NCBI GenBank assembly: GCA_026004535.1
Contig: BPJI01000002.1
Span: forward strand, 688-64,687
Direction of reading: 5' to 3'
Origin: Candidatus Parcubacteria bacterium
GTDB lineage: Bacteria > Patescibacteriota > Minisyncoccia > UBA6257 > HR35
DNA: 64,000 nt
Under the pieces are notes generated by a model. That model searched no databases, had not been told where the DNA came from, and saw only the letters and a program-made list of their open reading frames with translations. Of the stretch, positions 41,557 to 51,077 are shown piece after piece (the stretch's first letter is position 1; each line of letters begins with the position of its first letter). A program made the translations under genes and the position numbers.

Positions 41557-41929
41557 CACCTTTCCAAATAATTATGGTCGGGATAGTTTAATTTTTCTGA
41601 AAAGCAGAGTTTTTTTTATCTATAACCAATATTTTTCTTGTTTTAATTTACAGGATTCAAGAGAATTGTTAAAGTACTTAAAAACATTTGATTATTTAAG
41701 GGAAGAAAATAAATTATTGAAAGAAAAAATAAGCAAATTGGAAATGTTATATTCTAATGAGAAAGCTTATAGTGATAAAATAAAAATTGATTTGGAAAAT
41801 ACATTGAAAACAAATAGCCAATTGCACGATGAAAACTTAAAATTGAAATATAAAAACAGGTATCTAAAATTAACGATAGGGATTTTGGCCGTAACAGATA
41901 TTGTTTTACTGTATTTACTTGTTAAATAA
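41438..41929 (+). CDS. Possible spanin-like protein
   Basis: Signal-like N-terminus, coiled coil, C-terminal TM. Confidence 0.4.
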   Translation: MKNKLYRLTRLHLLILFLTIYIHTYCQSDTLTSIKIGINDTFPNNYGRDSLIFLKSRVFFIYNQYFSCFNLQDSRELLKYLKTFDYLREENKLLKEKISKLEMLYSNEKAYSDKIKIDLENTLKTNSQLHDENLKLKYKNRYLKLTIGILAVTDIVLLYLLVK

Positions 41930-41933
41930 ACTT

Positions 41934-42194
41934 TTATTTTTTGCTTTTATATTCGTCATAAAGTTTTTGCAAATTCAGCCAAAACCTGCCACTAATTTTT
42001 GTTGATTTTTCTAATTTCTTTGCAATATCTTTATCAATATCAATTTTTTGGCACATAAATTTTTTTAATGTATCCAAATCTATATCTGATATTTGAGAGA
42101 AATATTCCAGAGAGTAATTTAATTCGTTTAATTTTTCTTTTAATGTTTCAGATGGATGAAAAACTATATTTGCTTTGTATTCATTGTTTTTCAT
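41934..42194 (-). CDS. higA: HigA-like HTH antitoxin/regulator (orphan)
   Basis: FHPSETLKEKL...AKKLEK..SGRFWLNLQKLYD. Confidence 0.7.
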   Translation of the reverse strand: MKNNEYKANIVFHPSETLKEKLNELNYSLEYFSQISDIDLDTLKKFMCQKIDIDKDIAKKLEKSTKISGRFWLNLQKLYDEYKSKK

Positions 42195-42365
42195 TGTTTT
42201 AGATTTATTTTTATTGCAAGTAACTATTATTCGAGCGGTTACAATAATCTTTTGATTGTATAATATCTATCATTATTTTGGCAACCAACTTATAAAGCAA
42301 ATACTTTCAATAAATAAACAAAATTACTACTTTTGACTCTAATTGGACAATAATGATTGCATTTT

Positions 42366-42396
42366 TTTGCAAATTAAAAAATTATATTTAAATTTG
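42366..42396 (+). promoter_or_regulatory. Bacteroidota sigma70 promoter TTTG-N19-TAAATTTG
   Basis: Both -33 and -7 elements with canonical spacing. Confidence 0.65.
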
Positions 42397-42445
42397 CTCA
42401 CATAAACTTAAAAATATTGACTTATGGAAACTACAAAAAAAACCA

Positions 42446-42967
42446 TTGAAAATGGAGAAAATCTTTTTAAGAATTAAGAAAAACAAAAACATCCAAGACA
42501 ATTATTTCATATCATTGAATTTTACAGATGACAATGGGATGGAATATAGCAAAATACTGAATTATTTTAGTAAAAATGGTAAGGATTATTTTGCCATAAG
42601 AGACAATATGGGAGTATTTTCCGTTTCATTGGATGATATGACAGAGGATAGGTGTGTATTGGTGTATAAAAACGATGAAACCAACACAAAAATCAAATAT
42701 GAATTGGCAAATGCAGGAGGTTATTATATGTATTTTGAAAAACTACCAGAACATGTTGTAAAAAAAATAGACAAAATCTACCAAAAACTTGAAACACAAC
42801 TAATGGAAAAAGAGCAAAAAGAACAAAAAGAGATGAACAATGGAAGTATTAGTAATAATGATGAATATGTAAAATATGAAGTTTACAATGATGAAGAGGC
42901 AGAAGAAATGTTTCCATCACGCAAAGATGAAGACGAAGACGATGTTATTTTTGGTGGCAGAAATTAA
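42446..42967 (+). CDS. Putative ssDNA-binding-like protein (true start may be out-of-frame ATG 42424)
   Basis: Beta-rich N-domain, acidic tail ending DEDEDDVIFGGRN, adjacent to RuvC. Confidence 0.4.
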   Translation: MKMEKIFLRIKKNKNIQDNYFISLNFTDDNGMEYSKILNYFSKNGKDYFAIRDNMGVFSVSLDDMTEDRCVLVYKNDETNTKIKYELANAGGYYMYFEKLPEHVVKKIDKIYQKLETQLMEKEQKEQKEMNNGSISNNDEYVKYEVYNDEEAEEMFPSRKDEDEDDVIFGGRN

Positions 42968-42987
42968 ATGTGAAATAAAATAATGTT

Positions 42988-43488
42988 ATGATAGTAGCAG
43001 GAATAGATATAGGTAAAAAAGGATATATTGTTTTAAATCAAAATTATGATATTTTGGAATATTTTAAAATGCCATTGCTTGCCAATGAGTTAGATATAGA
43101 AGAGTTGAATCGGCTGTTAAACGGCATAAATGAGCAATACGGAAATGTGTTGTTTGCTTTTGAGAAATTTAACAATCTTTTCGGATATTCAAAGCAAGCG
43201 GCAATATCAATAAACTCTCAATTCAATATCTTTAAAACAATTATGATTCTAAATAAATTTAAATACATAACCATCCATCCCAAAGATTGGCAAAAAGATA
43301 TATTTAAAAACCTTGATTTGATTAAAAACGATAAGACACAAACAAAAAAGAAAGAGACAAAAGTTCTATCTTTGCGTGCCTGCCATCATTTATATCCTAA
43401 ATATGCAGGCATTGTAAAGAATAATGATAACTTCGCCGATGCTATACTTATCAGCCATTATGTTTTACGGAAACATATATCTGTCTAA
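42988..43488 (+). CDS. ruvC: RuvC-like Holliday junction resolvase
   Basis: AGIDIGKKG, AFEK, HPKDWQK, NDNFADAILI. Confidence 0.75.
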   Translation: MIVAGIDIGKKGYIVLNQNYDILEYFKMPLLANELDIEELNRLLNGINEQYGNVLFAFEKFNNLFGYSKQAAISINSQFNIFKTIMILNKFKYITIHPKDWQKDIFKNLDLIKNDKTQTKKKETKVLSLRACHHLYPKYAGIVKNNDNFADAILISHYVLRKHISV

Positions 43489-43489
43489 A

Positions 43490-44056
43490 TTACTTCATGT
43501 ATAAATAACATGTTTCCAAATAACCATTCCTTCCGACATAATTGCATATTCGGTCAAGGACTTTGTTTTCTTTAATTCCGCTTAATATACTTGTCCCTGT
43601 GTATTCTTGAAGTATTTTGTCGTCTCCGTAACTATCACGATAGTTAATTTTTAAAAATATTTTTAACGTATCAATGAAATTCCTGTTTGATGATTCATCT
43701 TTGTAGTTATATATGTCTATCAGATTGTTTAGGTATAAAGTAAGATAAAAATAAGACCACGCATAAATATTATTATCTTTAAGAGAGTTGTTTAAAAAAT
43801 TTATTTGCTTTTGCGTTAGTTTATTTTGATTATTTTTAAAAATAGTTTTATAGTTTCTTATGTGCATTAGAGAATTTCCTTTCTCTGCCAGTAAAGAAAA
43901 TGGCAATATGAGCGGCACATTGTTTAATTCGCAACATTCCTTCAACACGTTTAATTTTACATTGTCCATAAATGTTGCCAGATAGGTAATGTCAATATTG
44001 ATTCTTGAACCGAATTTTGGATCGGTCGTGTAGGGTATTTTTATATATAATCTCAT
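43490..44056 (-). CDS. Hypothetical protein
   Basis: 188-aa ORF. Confidence 0.65.
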   Translation of the reverse strand: MRLYIKIPYTTDPKFGSRINIDITYLATFMDNVKLNVLKECCELNNVPLILPFSLLAEKGNSLMHIRNYKTIFKNNQNKLTQKQINFLNNSLKDNNIYAWSYFYLTLYLNNLIDIYNYKDESSNRNFIDTLKIFLKINYRDSYGDDKILQEYTGTSILSGIKENKVLDRICNYVGRNGYLETCYLYMK

Positions 44057-44457
44057 TTTTCATTTTCAATAAGAAGATCTCTTATCAATTCTTTGCCATC
44101 ATCATTCAAATTTAACAGTTTTATTTTGTATTTTATTTTAAGAATGGCAATATTGTGCGAATTTTTATTTAATATATAATCATTGTATAGAGAATAAAAA
44201 TATAAAATAACTTCCTGTTCTATGTCTTTTTTAAATATAACAGATGTCGCAATCTTGCTTTTTATTCTTTTAAATAAATAATCATTAAGCAAAACGTGAT
44301 ATGTGTCCGAAGTAATATATTCCGTATCAAAGTAACGCTTGGCAGTATAAAATATCATATCTTCATAGTCCACGAAAAAAAATAAAGCAAGATTAAATTT
44401 AATTTTATGGGCTAATTTGACAAGTTTATCCGATATTATGTATTTAATTTTTTTCAT
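44053..44457 (-). CDS. Hypothetical protein
   Basis: 134-aa ORF, ATGA overlaps. Confidence 0.6.
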   Translation of the reverse strand: MKKIKYIISDKLVKLAHKIKFNLALFFFVDYEDMIFYTAKRYFDTEYITSDTYHVLLNDYLFKRIKSKIATSVIFKKDIEQEVILYFYSLYNDYILNKNSHNIAILKIKYKIKLLNLNDDGKELIRDLLIENEK

Positions 44458-45005
44458 TGTTTTTTATTCATTATTTTGATATATTTTTGCGATATTTTAT
44501 CAAAATCATATAGTTTGCTTTCTGCATAAAGGTTGTTTGCCATTTCAAGCAATCTTTTTTTATTCTCTTCAATTGACTCTATTCCATCGCTTGCCAAATT
44601 GTAATTAAATACTTGGTTTCTACTCTTGTAGTAATTGTCCAAAAAGTCGTATGCCTGATACACTTTTTTAAATTTGTATTTAGTAAATCTCTTTTTAATC
44701 AATTCACGTACATAACTTATATCTTCCATTGTTAATTCGTGCGTTTTACTTATTACGCTTAATTCGCCCTCTTCAAATTCGCCATATATCTTCTTAACGT
44801 CCATCAAAAATTTAAGTTTCAATTCGCTTTTTAAATTTTTGTATAGTTCTTGCTTTATTAAACAAATAATTTCTTTAATTTTATTGCTTGATATTGTTGA
44901 ATTTAAGGCATTTGCATAAGCAGAAATTTGATTGAAAATTTTTTTGTCGGTGTTTTCATCGTAATTAAAATAATCAATAATTCCAAAATTTTCTATCTTT
45001 TCCAT
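44454..45005 (-). CDS. Hypothetical protein
   Basis: 183-aa ORF. Confidence 0.65.
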   Translation of the reverse strand: MEKIENFGIIDYFNYDENTDKKIFNQISAYANALNSTISSNKIKEIICLIKQELYKNLKSELKLKFLMDVKKIYGEFEEGELSVISKTHELTMEDISYVRELIKKRFTKYKFKKVYQAYDFLDNYYKSRNQVFNYNLASDGIESIEENKKRLLEMANNLYAESKLYDFDKISQKYIKIMNKKQ

Positions 45006-45026
45006 ATTATTAAATTTTTATTCTTT

Positions 45027-45758
45027 TTACATTCTACGAAATAAATATATTATCAAAGTTAAAAAAACTGCTGATGTAATAACAATTAAAAATACAAATA
45101 GTATCTTTTCCTTGTCAATATTTGGGTCATCGTCAGTATTATTATTGACCCCAGAAGGTTTTATATCTTCATAAGGGACAAAAATGTGGCTATTTATTCT
45201 GTTTAGTATCCCTTGAAGAAATTTTTTGTTTTTATCTGATTCGTAAGCAGTCCATCTACTCTTTAGCTTATTAAATAATTGCTCTTGTTTTTCTTTATTC
45301 ATTTTATTTATCTCTTCGCTCAATATAGGCATATATTCATGTGGTATAGAAGGATAGTCGGTAATTTTTTTCCCTTTTATTTCCGCAACAGCATTTTTTA
45401 AATCTTGTCGGGCTTGCGATTCACCGGATTTAACCATCATATCAAAAATAAGTTGCTTTATAGACCTATTTTTGATATTATCTAATTTGTTGTTTTTGTG
45501 ATTGTATATGTAATCATAATATAACTTTTTTGCATCATCTTTAGTCAGATTTTGAATAAATTGCTTAATCTTTGTGGGATTGGTATATTTAAGTTTATCC
45601 CTAACAAAATTGCATGTGATACCATATTTTGTGAGAAACTTGTAATTTACGCCGTCAATAGTGCAAAAATTACCTGAATCTAAATTAGAGTCGTTTATTT
45701 CGCCTTCATACTTAAAAACGTGCTCTATTATTTTTTCATAATCTTTTGAATAAGGCAT
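45027..45758 (-). CDS. Tail-anchored GH108 lysozyme
   Basis: EGEIND..DSG, TKYGIT, LTKDDAKKLY, FDMMVKSG, KFLQGILNR, C-terminal TM. Confidence 0.8.
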   Translation of the reverse strand: MPYSKDYEKIIEHVFKYEGEINDSNLDSGNFCTIDGVNYKFLTKYGITCNFVRDKLKYTNPTKIKQFIQNLTKDDAKKLYYDYIYNHKNNKLDNIKNRSIKQLIFDMMVKSGESQARQDLKNAVAEIKGKKITDYPSIPHEYMPILSEEINKMNKEKQEQLFNKLKSRWTAYESDKNKKFLQGILNRINSHIFVPYEDIKPSGVNNNTDDDPNIDKEKILFVFLIVITSAVFLTLIIYLFRRM

Positions 45759-45832
45759 ATGTTAATTTTGAGACACACAAAAATAAAATTTTATTTAGAA
45801 ATATATTATATTTGCAATATAAAAATTTAAAT

Positions 45833-47005
45833 ATGGCTACTTTAATAGATGTTTTAAAAAAGGAGCAAATAAAAGAATTGACAAATGATAATACGTCTCC
45901 TGTATTATTATTAAACAATTTGGCAACAAATGAAAAGTTATATCTGTATGGTTATGACTTGAAAACCAAAACATTTAAAGGATTGTATGTCGATTCTGAT
46001 GGAGACGCCAAAATTGTAAATGTTTCAAAAACCGAAAACTCCAATTGGTATAATAATCCCGAAAAATATTTGATTATTGACTTGTCGGATATAAAGAAAA
46101 AAAACAATCAAGATTTTGGCAATTACATCAATGAATATATTAAACATGCATCAAAAGTAAATAATAAATTTGAAGAAGGTGGAGTGGTTGAAGGTGGATA
46201 CGAAGACGAAATTGTTTTGAGAAAATCTATTAAAAACTTGTTTATAGAGATAAAAGATTTGTCCGCATTTGATATTTATGCCATTGAGCAATATATCAAT
46301 AAATTCTACGAAGTTCCACTTCCAATAGGTTCTTTTTACGATTATTATTACAAACAAACATACGGATTTACTGATTTTACATTATTTGATTTGCTTGTAA
46401 CCGACGTTGAAAATCTTAAAACTATCAATAATACATTGGTTATTATTACATCAATATTGAATACTGATTATATTTCGGAATTGAATCCTGAAATAGAGGT
46501 TGAGAAATTGAGTGAAAAAGATATTGACATTTTTGAAAGATTGCCGGACGCAGAAACACTGAAAGAAAAAAGGAAAAAGAAAGAAGAAGAAGCAAAAGTT
46601 GAAGTGGCTGAAATCAAAAAAGTTGAGAAAGATAAAAAGAAAGATGAAAGAAAAGTTGTCAAAATTGACGTTTTTGACTTCCCGTTGATAAATGTATTAT
46701 TGGTTGAGTATATTGGCGAGTTCTTTTCTTTTGACGAATCTGAAATGACAAAAGAAAATATTGAATATGTTTACCAATCAATTGATAGTAGTTTGCAACA
46801 ATATATGACCGATAAAGAAATAAACAAAGATATTTATTATTCTTTCGACGAAGTTGAAAAAGAAATAACTGAATTGTATCAATATTCCCAAGAGATAAAG
46901 GACGTTTTAAATAGGTTCTATGCTAATTCAAAAGACGATAGTGATTTAAACAAATATGTTGCATTTAAGTTCATAAAAGGTTTAAGATACTTGAATTTAA
47001 TATAG
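45833..47005 (+). CDS. Hypothetical protein with internal KFEEGG motif
   Basis: ATG 45833 follows TATATTTG (45807-45814), preferred over the 45746 start. Confidence 0.65.
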   Translation: MATLIDVLKKEQIKELTNDNTSPVLLLNNLATNEKLYLYGYDLKTKTFKGLYVDSDGDAKIVNVSKTENSNWYNNPEKYLIIDLSDIKKKNNQDFGNYINEYIKHASKVNNKFEEGGVVEGGYEDEIVLRKSIKNLFIEIKDLSAFDIYAIEQYINKFYEVPLPIGSFYDYYYKQTYGFTDFTLFDLLVTDVENLKTINNTLVIITSILNTDYISELNPEIEVEKLSEKDIDIFERLPDAETLKEKRKKKEEEAKVEVAEIKKVEKDKKKDERKVVKIDVFDFPLINVLLVEYIGEFFSFDESEMTKENIEYVYQSIDSSLQQYMTDKEINKDIYYSFDEVEKEITELYQYSQEIKDVLNRFYANSKDDSDLNKYVAFKFIKGLRYLNLI

Positions 47006-47008
47006 CAA

Positions 47009-47491
47009 TTAGTTCATATTAAAACAAAAGATTGGAAAAGTTCTTAAATGCACCGAGAGAACGCCTTTGGTTTCCAATATATCTATAATAGGCGTCGGCT
47101 CAAAAATGTTATCATAAAGCAATTCGTTTTCATAAGTTATCATGACAAATTTCTTAATGGATATATCGTGTAAAATTTCTATTACGGCAGGATAATAACT
47201 TTTCAATTTGTCGTCATAATTATATCCCAATATTACAATTGTGGCTGTTTTATTTTCTTTATCATAGTTTATTACGTAATAATGAAAGTATTTATCAATC
47301 AAATGAGCATAAGCAATCTTATCGTGTAATAAAGAATATATACCATCAATATATTCTTGCTTATCGTTGAATTTTAGGGATAGAATTATTCTATCAATAA
47401 CCAATTCGTCAAAATCACTAAAATCGTGGTCTTTATATCTGATTTTAGAGAGTTTATCGTTTAGGTAGTTTATCGAATTTTTAATATCCAT
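47009..47491 (-). CDS. Hypothetical protein
   Basis: 160-aa ORF. Confidence 0.6.
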   Translation of the reverse strand: MDIKNSINYLNDKLSKIRYKDHDFSDFDELVIDRIILSLKFNDKQEYIDGIYSLLHDKIAYAHLIDKYFHYYVINYDKENKTATIVILGYNYDDKLKSYYPAVIEILHDISIKKFVMITYENELLYDNIFEPTPIIDILETKGVLSVHLRTFPIFCFNMN

Positions 47492-47529
47492 AACATAAAA
47501 ATTTGCAATAAAAATAACAAATTAGTTAA

Positions 47530-47580
47530 ATTTAAAGTGTTTATATCAAAAAGATAATTATAGACATATACTTATAAATT
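47530..47580 (+). repeat. Direct repeat copy A
   Basis: atttaaagtgtttatatcaaaaagataattatagacatatactta; ~5 mismatches to 49864-49913. Confidence 0.75.
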
Positions 47581-47594
47581 ATAATGACTTGAAT

Positions 47595-47825
47595 TCACAT
47601 ACTCTTAAGAATCCACCAGTAATCCCAATCGAAATTGTTCACTCTATGTTGCCAAATATCTTCTAAAGCATTACGGAATCTATCATCAGTAGATGGCATT
47701 TTTTCCAAATTATAAATTCTATTTAAAAAGTCTGTTTCATCTAACCGTCCATGCCACCTAAATATCTTTTATTTTATCTCATCAAAAAGGTCTTTTCTTG
47801 TTACAGCACTTATTTGATTATCCAT
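47595..47825 (-). pseudogene. AbiJ N-terminal-domain (NTD3-like) remnant with internal stop, 3'-truncated
   Basis: MDNQISAVTRKDLFDEIK*KIFRWHGRLDETDFLNRIYNLEKMPSTDDRFRNALEDIWQHRVNNFDWD; TAA at 47769-47771. Confidence 0.7.
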
Positions 47826-47842
47826 AATTCTTTTATTTTTTC

Positions 47843-47849
47843 ACCTAAC
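47843..47849 (-). other. Integron-type GTTRRRY core site (GTTAGGT)
   Basis: 17 nt upstream of the pseudogene ATG, cassette-like geometry. Confidence 0.4.
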
Positions 47850-48239
47850 GGTGTCAGGCGGTACTATTATTAGCATTTTTATGTTTTATTGACAAGCCTG
47901 TCAATATAATTAAGCAATATTTCGCCTTGTTTTGTCAAATAAAACAGATTGATAATCAATAAGGTGTAATTTCATTAAACAAAATTGTTTAAATAACGAA
48001 GTATTATTTCCCCTCATTTTGTTTAAAATAAAGTGTTGACTATCAGGTTTTTGCAATTTATTTAAACAATATTTGTACTAAATTCAACTAATAAATGCAA
48101 CTTTTTGATGGTTCAAATATAAATAAAATTTTAATCTTGGAAAAATAAATAGATGTATGAGTAAATATTTATAGAAAACTCTACTCAAACAAGCAGTTTT
48201 TAGAAAAATTTATAGCTTTGTGTAAGTTAAAAGATTAGT

Positions 48240-49796
48240 ATGGTGATAGAAGCATCACATAAAAAATTAAACGGGGTTGTTTACACACCTCAATGGATAG
48301 TGGAATTAATTTTAGATTATTTGAACTATCAAAAAAATATTGAAACAAAAAGAATAATTGACCCTGCTTGTGGCGATGGAGCTTTTTTAGAAATTATAGT
48401 GGATAGATTTATTAAAAGTGCCCTTAAAAATAATTTATCTACCATTAAAATTAAAGAATTATTAGAGCAAAATATTTATGGATGGGATATTGATAAAAAA
48501 GCATTGAAATTTTGTAAGATTAAATTAGATAATGTTGCTCATCAATATGATATAAAAAACATCAATTGGAATTTAACTAATGTAGATAGCTTAAATAAAG
48601 AATTTGCCAAGAAATACTTTAATTTTTTTGATTTTGTTGTTGGGAATCCACCATATATCAGAATTCAGAATATTGAAAAAGACAAACGAAAAAATATACA
48701 AGAAAGTTGGATTTTGTGTAAGAAAGGTTCTACAGATATATTTTTGGCTTTTTTTGAATTAGGAGTTTACTTATTAAATACAGAAGGGTTATTAGGTTAC
48801 ATTACTCCAAATACTTATTTAAAAACTTCTGCAGGAAAGGATTTAAGAATTTTCATAAAAAACAAATTAAAAACATTAATCAACTTTAATCATTATCAGG
48901 TTTTTGAAAATGCAACCACTTACTCTTTAATTACAATTCTGTCAAAAAAAAATAATGAAAACAAATTTTCTTTATACGAAGGAAATGATAAGAAAAAAAT
49001 AAAATTTGTTGATGTAATTGAAACAGAGAATATTAATAATAACAACTGGATTTTGGCTTCTAATAAAATACTAAAAAGAATAAAAGCAATAGAAAGCAGA
49101 GGAATTCCTTTAAAAGAAATTGCTAATATACATGTAGGTATTACCACACTTGCTGATGATTATTATATATTTGAAAACCCTGTTTTTCAACAAGATACAG
49201 CAATAATATATGTTGATAATGAATACTTTGAAATAGAAAATAATATTTTGAAACCTATTGTAAAAGCATCCATTTTAAAGCATTCTAACGAAGAACAAAA
49301 TAGGTATATTATTTTTCCATACAAACTAAATCATAATAAACATCAAATAATTCCTGAAGAAGAACTTAAAAAGGAATATCCATTGACATATCATTATTTT
49401 ACAAAAATAAAAGACAAACTATTATCAAGAGACGGTGGAAATGAAAATACAGTTGCATGGTATGCATTTGGAAGATCACAAGGGCTTGATACATCATTTG
49501 GTAAAAAGATACTAACATCTCCAATGAATTTAAAACCCAATTTTATACTATGGGAAAAACCTGAATATACTTTCTATTCCGGTTATTGTATAAAATATGA
49601 TGGAGACCTTTACGAATTGCTTAAAGAGTTAAATTCTGATGATATGGACTTTTATATAAAATATGTTAGCAGAGATTATAAAAACAATTATAAATCCTAT
49701 TCTAAAACATTTATTGAAAATTTCGGCATTGATAATCCAAAAATTATTGAAGAATATAAAAGAAAAAAACACTCCTTATTTGATTTTCAGTATTAA
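48240..49796 (+). CDS. Type II N6-adenine DNA methyltransferase (Eco57I/TaqI-like gamma class), orphan
   Basis: GVVYTP, IIDPACGDGAFL, VVGNPPYIR, WYAFGRSQG; TAGCTTTG element at 48213. Confidence 0.9.
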   Translation: MVIEASHKKLNGVVYTPQWIVELILDYLNYQKNIETKRIIDPACGDGAFLEIIVDRFIKSALKNNLSTIKIKELLEQNIYGWDIDKKALKFCKIKLDNVAHQYDIKNINWNLTNVDSLNKEFAKKYFNFFDFVVGNPPYIRIQNIEKDKRKNIQESWILCKKGSTDIFLAFFELGVYLLNTEGLLGYITPNTYLKTSAGKDLRIFIKNKLKTLINFNHYQVFENATTYSLITILSKKNNENKFSLYEGNDKKKIKFVDVIETENINNNNWILASNKILKRIKAIESRGIPLKEIANIHVGITTLADDYYIFENPVFQQDTAIIYVDNEYFEIENNILKPIVKASILKHSNEEQNRYIIFPYKLNHNKHQIIPEEELKKEYPLTYHYFTKIKDKLLSRDGGNENTVAWYAFGRSQGLDTSFGKKILTSPMNLKPNFILWEKPEYTFYSGYCIKYDGDLYELLKELNSDDMDFYIKYVSRDYKNNYKSYSKTFIENFGIDNPKIIEEYKRKKHSLFDFQY

Positions 49797-49863
49797 AAAT
49801 CTTCGCCTTATGAATGTCGTATTTTGCACAGCATCCGCATTAGGCGGACACGCTTCGCTATAT

Positions 49864-49913
49864 ATTTAAAGTGTTTATATTAAAAAAATAATTATAGATA
49901 GATACTTACAATT
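49864..49913 (+). repeat. Direct repeat copy B
   Basis: atttaaagtgtttatattaaaaaaataattatagatagatactta. Confidence 0.75.
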
Positions 49914-49950
49914 ACTTGATATATTTTATATTTGTAATAAAATAATTCTT

Positions 49951-50802
49951 ATGAGTTCAAAACACAAAGAAAAAATTAAAAAATATGGAAGGAAAATAAA
50001 ATCTCTTGAGAGTAAAAGAGATAAATTAATTAAGACAATAAAGAAGAATAAGAAAACAATATTGAGCAATTTAGATAATATCATAGAAAGTTTGCCGGAG
50101 GTTAAGAGTAAGAATGACTATGATATGATTATGTCTTTTAAAATGGGTGGTGCTTATAGTATGTATGGGATGTCTGCAAGATATATGGCTGCAATGGAAA
50201 ATCCGAGCATCATAAATTTGCATAGGTTGACTTTAAATGCCTTGAGTGGAGTTAAAATTAATGAAAAAGATACCGAATTGTTTTATAAAATACTACACAA
50301 TTGGATAAACTTTCGTATGCCTTCGGTTGAATATCATCACGAAGCATCGTCACCAAATAAAATTGAGTATTTTTTGTATAAGAAAGAAATAGAAAAATTG
50401 AAAGAGAAAATAAATGAAGACGTTGAGGAAATAATTGATTTTTATTTTCAAAAGCAAATTGATATGTATAATACAATAATTTTGCATAGATTGGCATCTT
50501 TGTCAAAAAGAAAAAGAGGAAAGTTAATACAAGAATTTTTAAATAAAAACGGCAAATATTTTTATAGAGAACTAACGCCCGATAAGAATGAATACAAAGT
50601 AATAACATTTGAAGAAATGAAAGGCAAATATGGTTGGTTTAAGGCAGACAATAAGTATAAATTAGAAGTTTATTATACAGGTTATTATTTAAGCAAAAAT
50701 AAGTTTGTTGAGTTTTTGAAAGAATATATGTATATGAATAATAATGACATTGATTATTATTTGGAAAGCAAAATATACTATTTGTCTGAAGATTTTGTAT
50801 AA
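49951..50802 (+). CDS. Hypothetical protein
   Basis: 283-aa ORF; TATATTTG at 49927. Confidence 0.65.
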   Translation: MSSKHKEKIKKYGRKIKSLESKRDKLIKTIKKNKKTILSNLDNIIESLPEVKSKNDYDMIMSFKMGGAYSMYGMSARYMAAMENPSIINLHRLTLNALSGVKINEKDTELFYKILHNWINFRMPSVEYHHEASSPNKIEYFLYKKEIEKLKEKINEDVEEIIDFYFQKQIDMYNTIILHRLASLSKRKRGKLIQEFLNKNGKYFYRELTPDKNEYKVITFEEMKGKYGWFKADNKYKLEVYYTGYYLSKNKFVEFLKEYMYMNNNDIDYYLESKIYYLSEDFV

Positions 50803-50886
50803 TAAATACTATAAAATTAAGATATAAACATCACCCTAATTAAATTAAATTTATGTAAATTTGTTTCATAATTAAATCATAAAACT

Positions 50887-51069
50887 ATGAAAAAAACAAA
50901 AATCAAAAAAAATAAAACAGAAGTAGGCGTATCAAAAAATCCGCACATATTAGAGGAAGATATATTAAAACACGAGGAGCATAAAGATATTAAAACAGGT
51001 ACAAACATTCTTTGTATAAACATCGAAGAGACAAAAAGGAAAGGTTCAAGAATTCGTGCTTTGGATTAG
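50887..51069 (+). CDS. 60-aa basic peptide, paralogue of 57036..57221
   Basis: 47 of 61 aligned residues identical; TAAATTTG at 50856; AAAACTATG start. Confidence 0.75.
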   Translation: MKKTKIKKNKTEVGVSKNPHILEEDILKHEEHKDIKTGTNILCINIEETKRKGSRIRALD

Positions 51070-51077
51070 TATAAATA

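Noticed and set aside
49790-49865. Possible tRNA or full attC site after the MTase; ORF 49663..49869
   Set aside because: No cloverleaf or T-loop and no clear paired R boxes; only a short hairpin
50808-50835. Third, inverted copy of the 47530/49864 repeat
   Set aside because: Only ~10 bp (tgtttatatc) match, expected by chance
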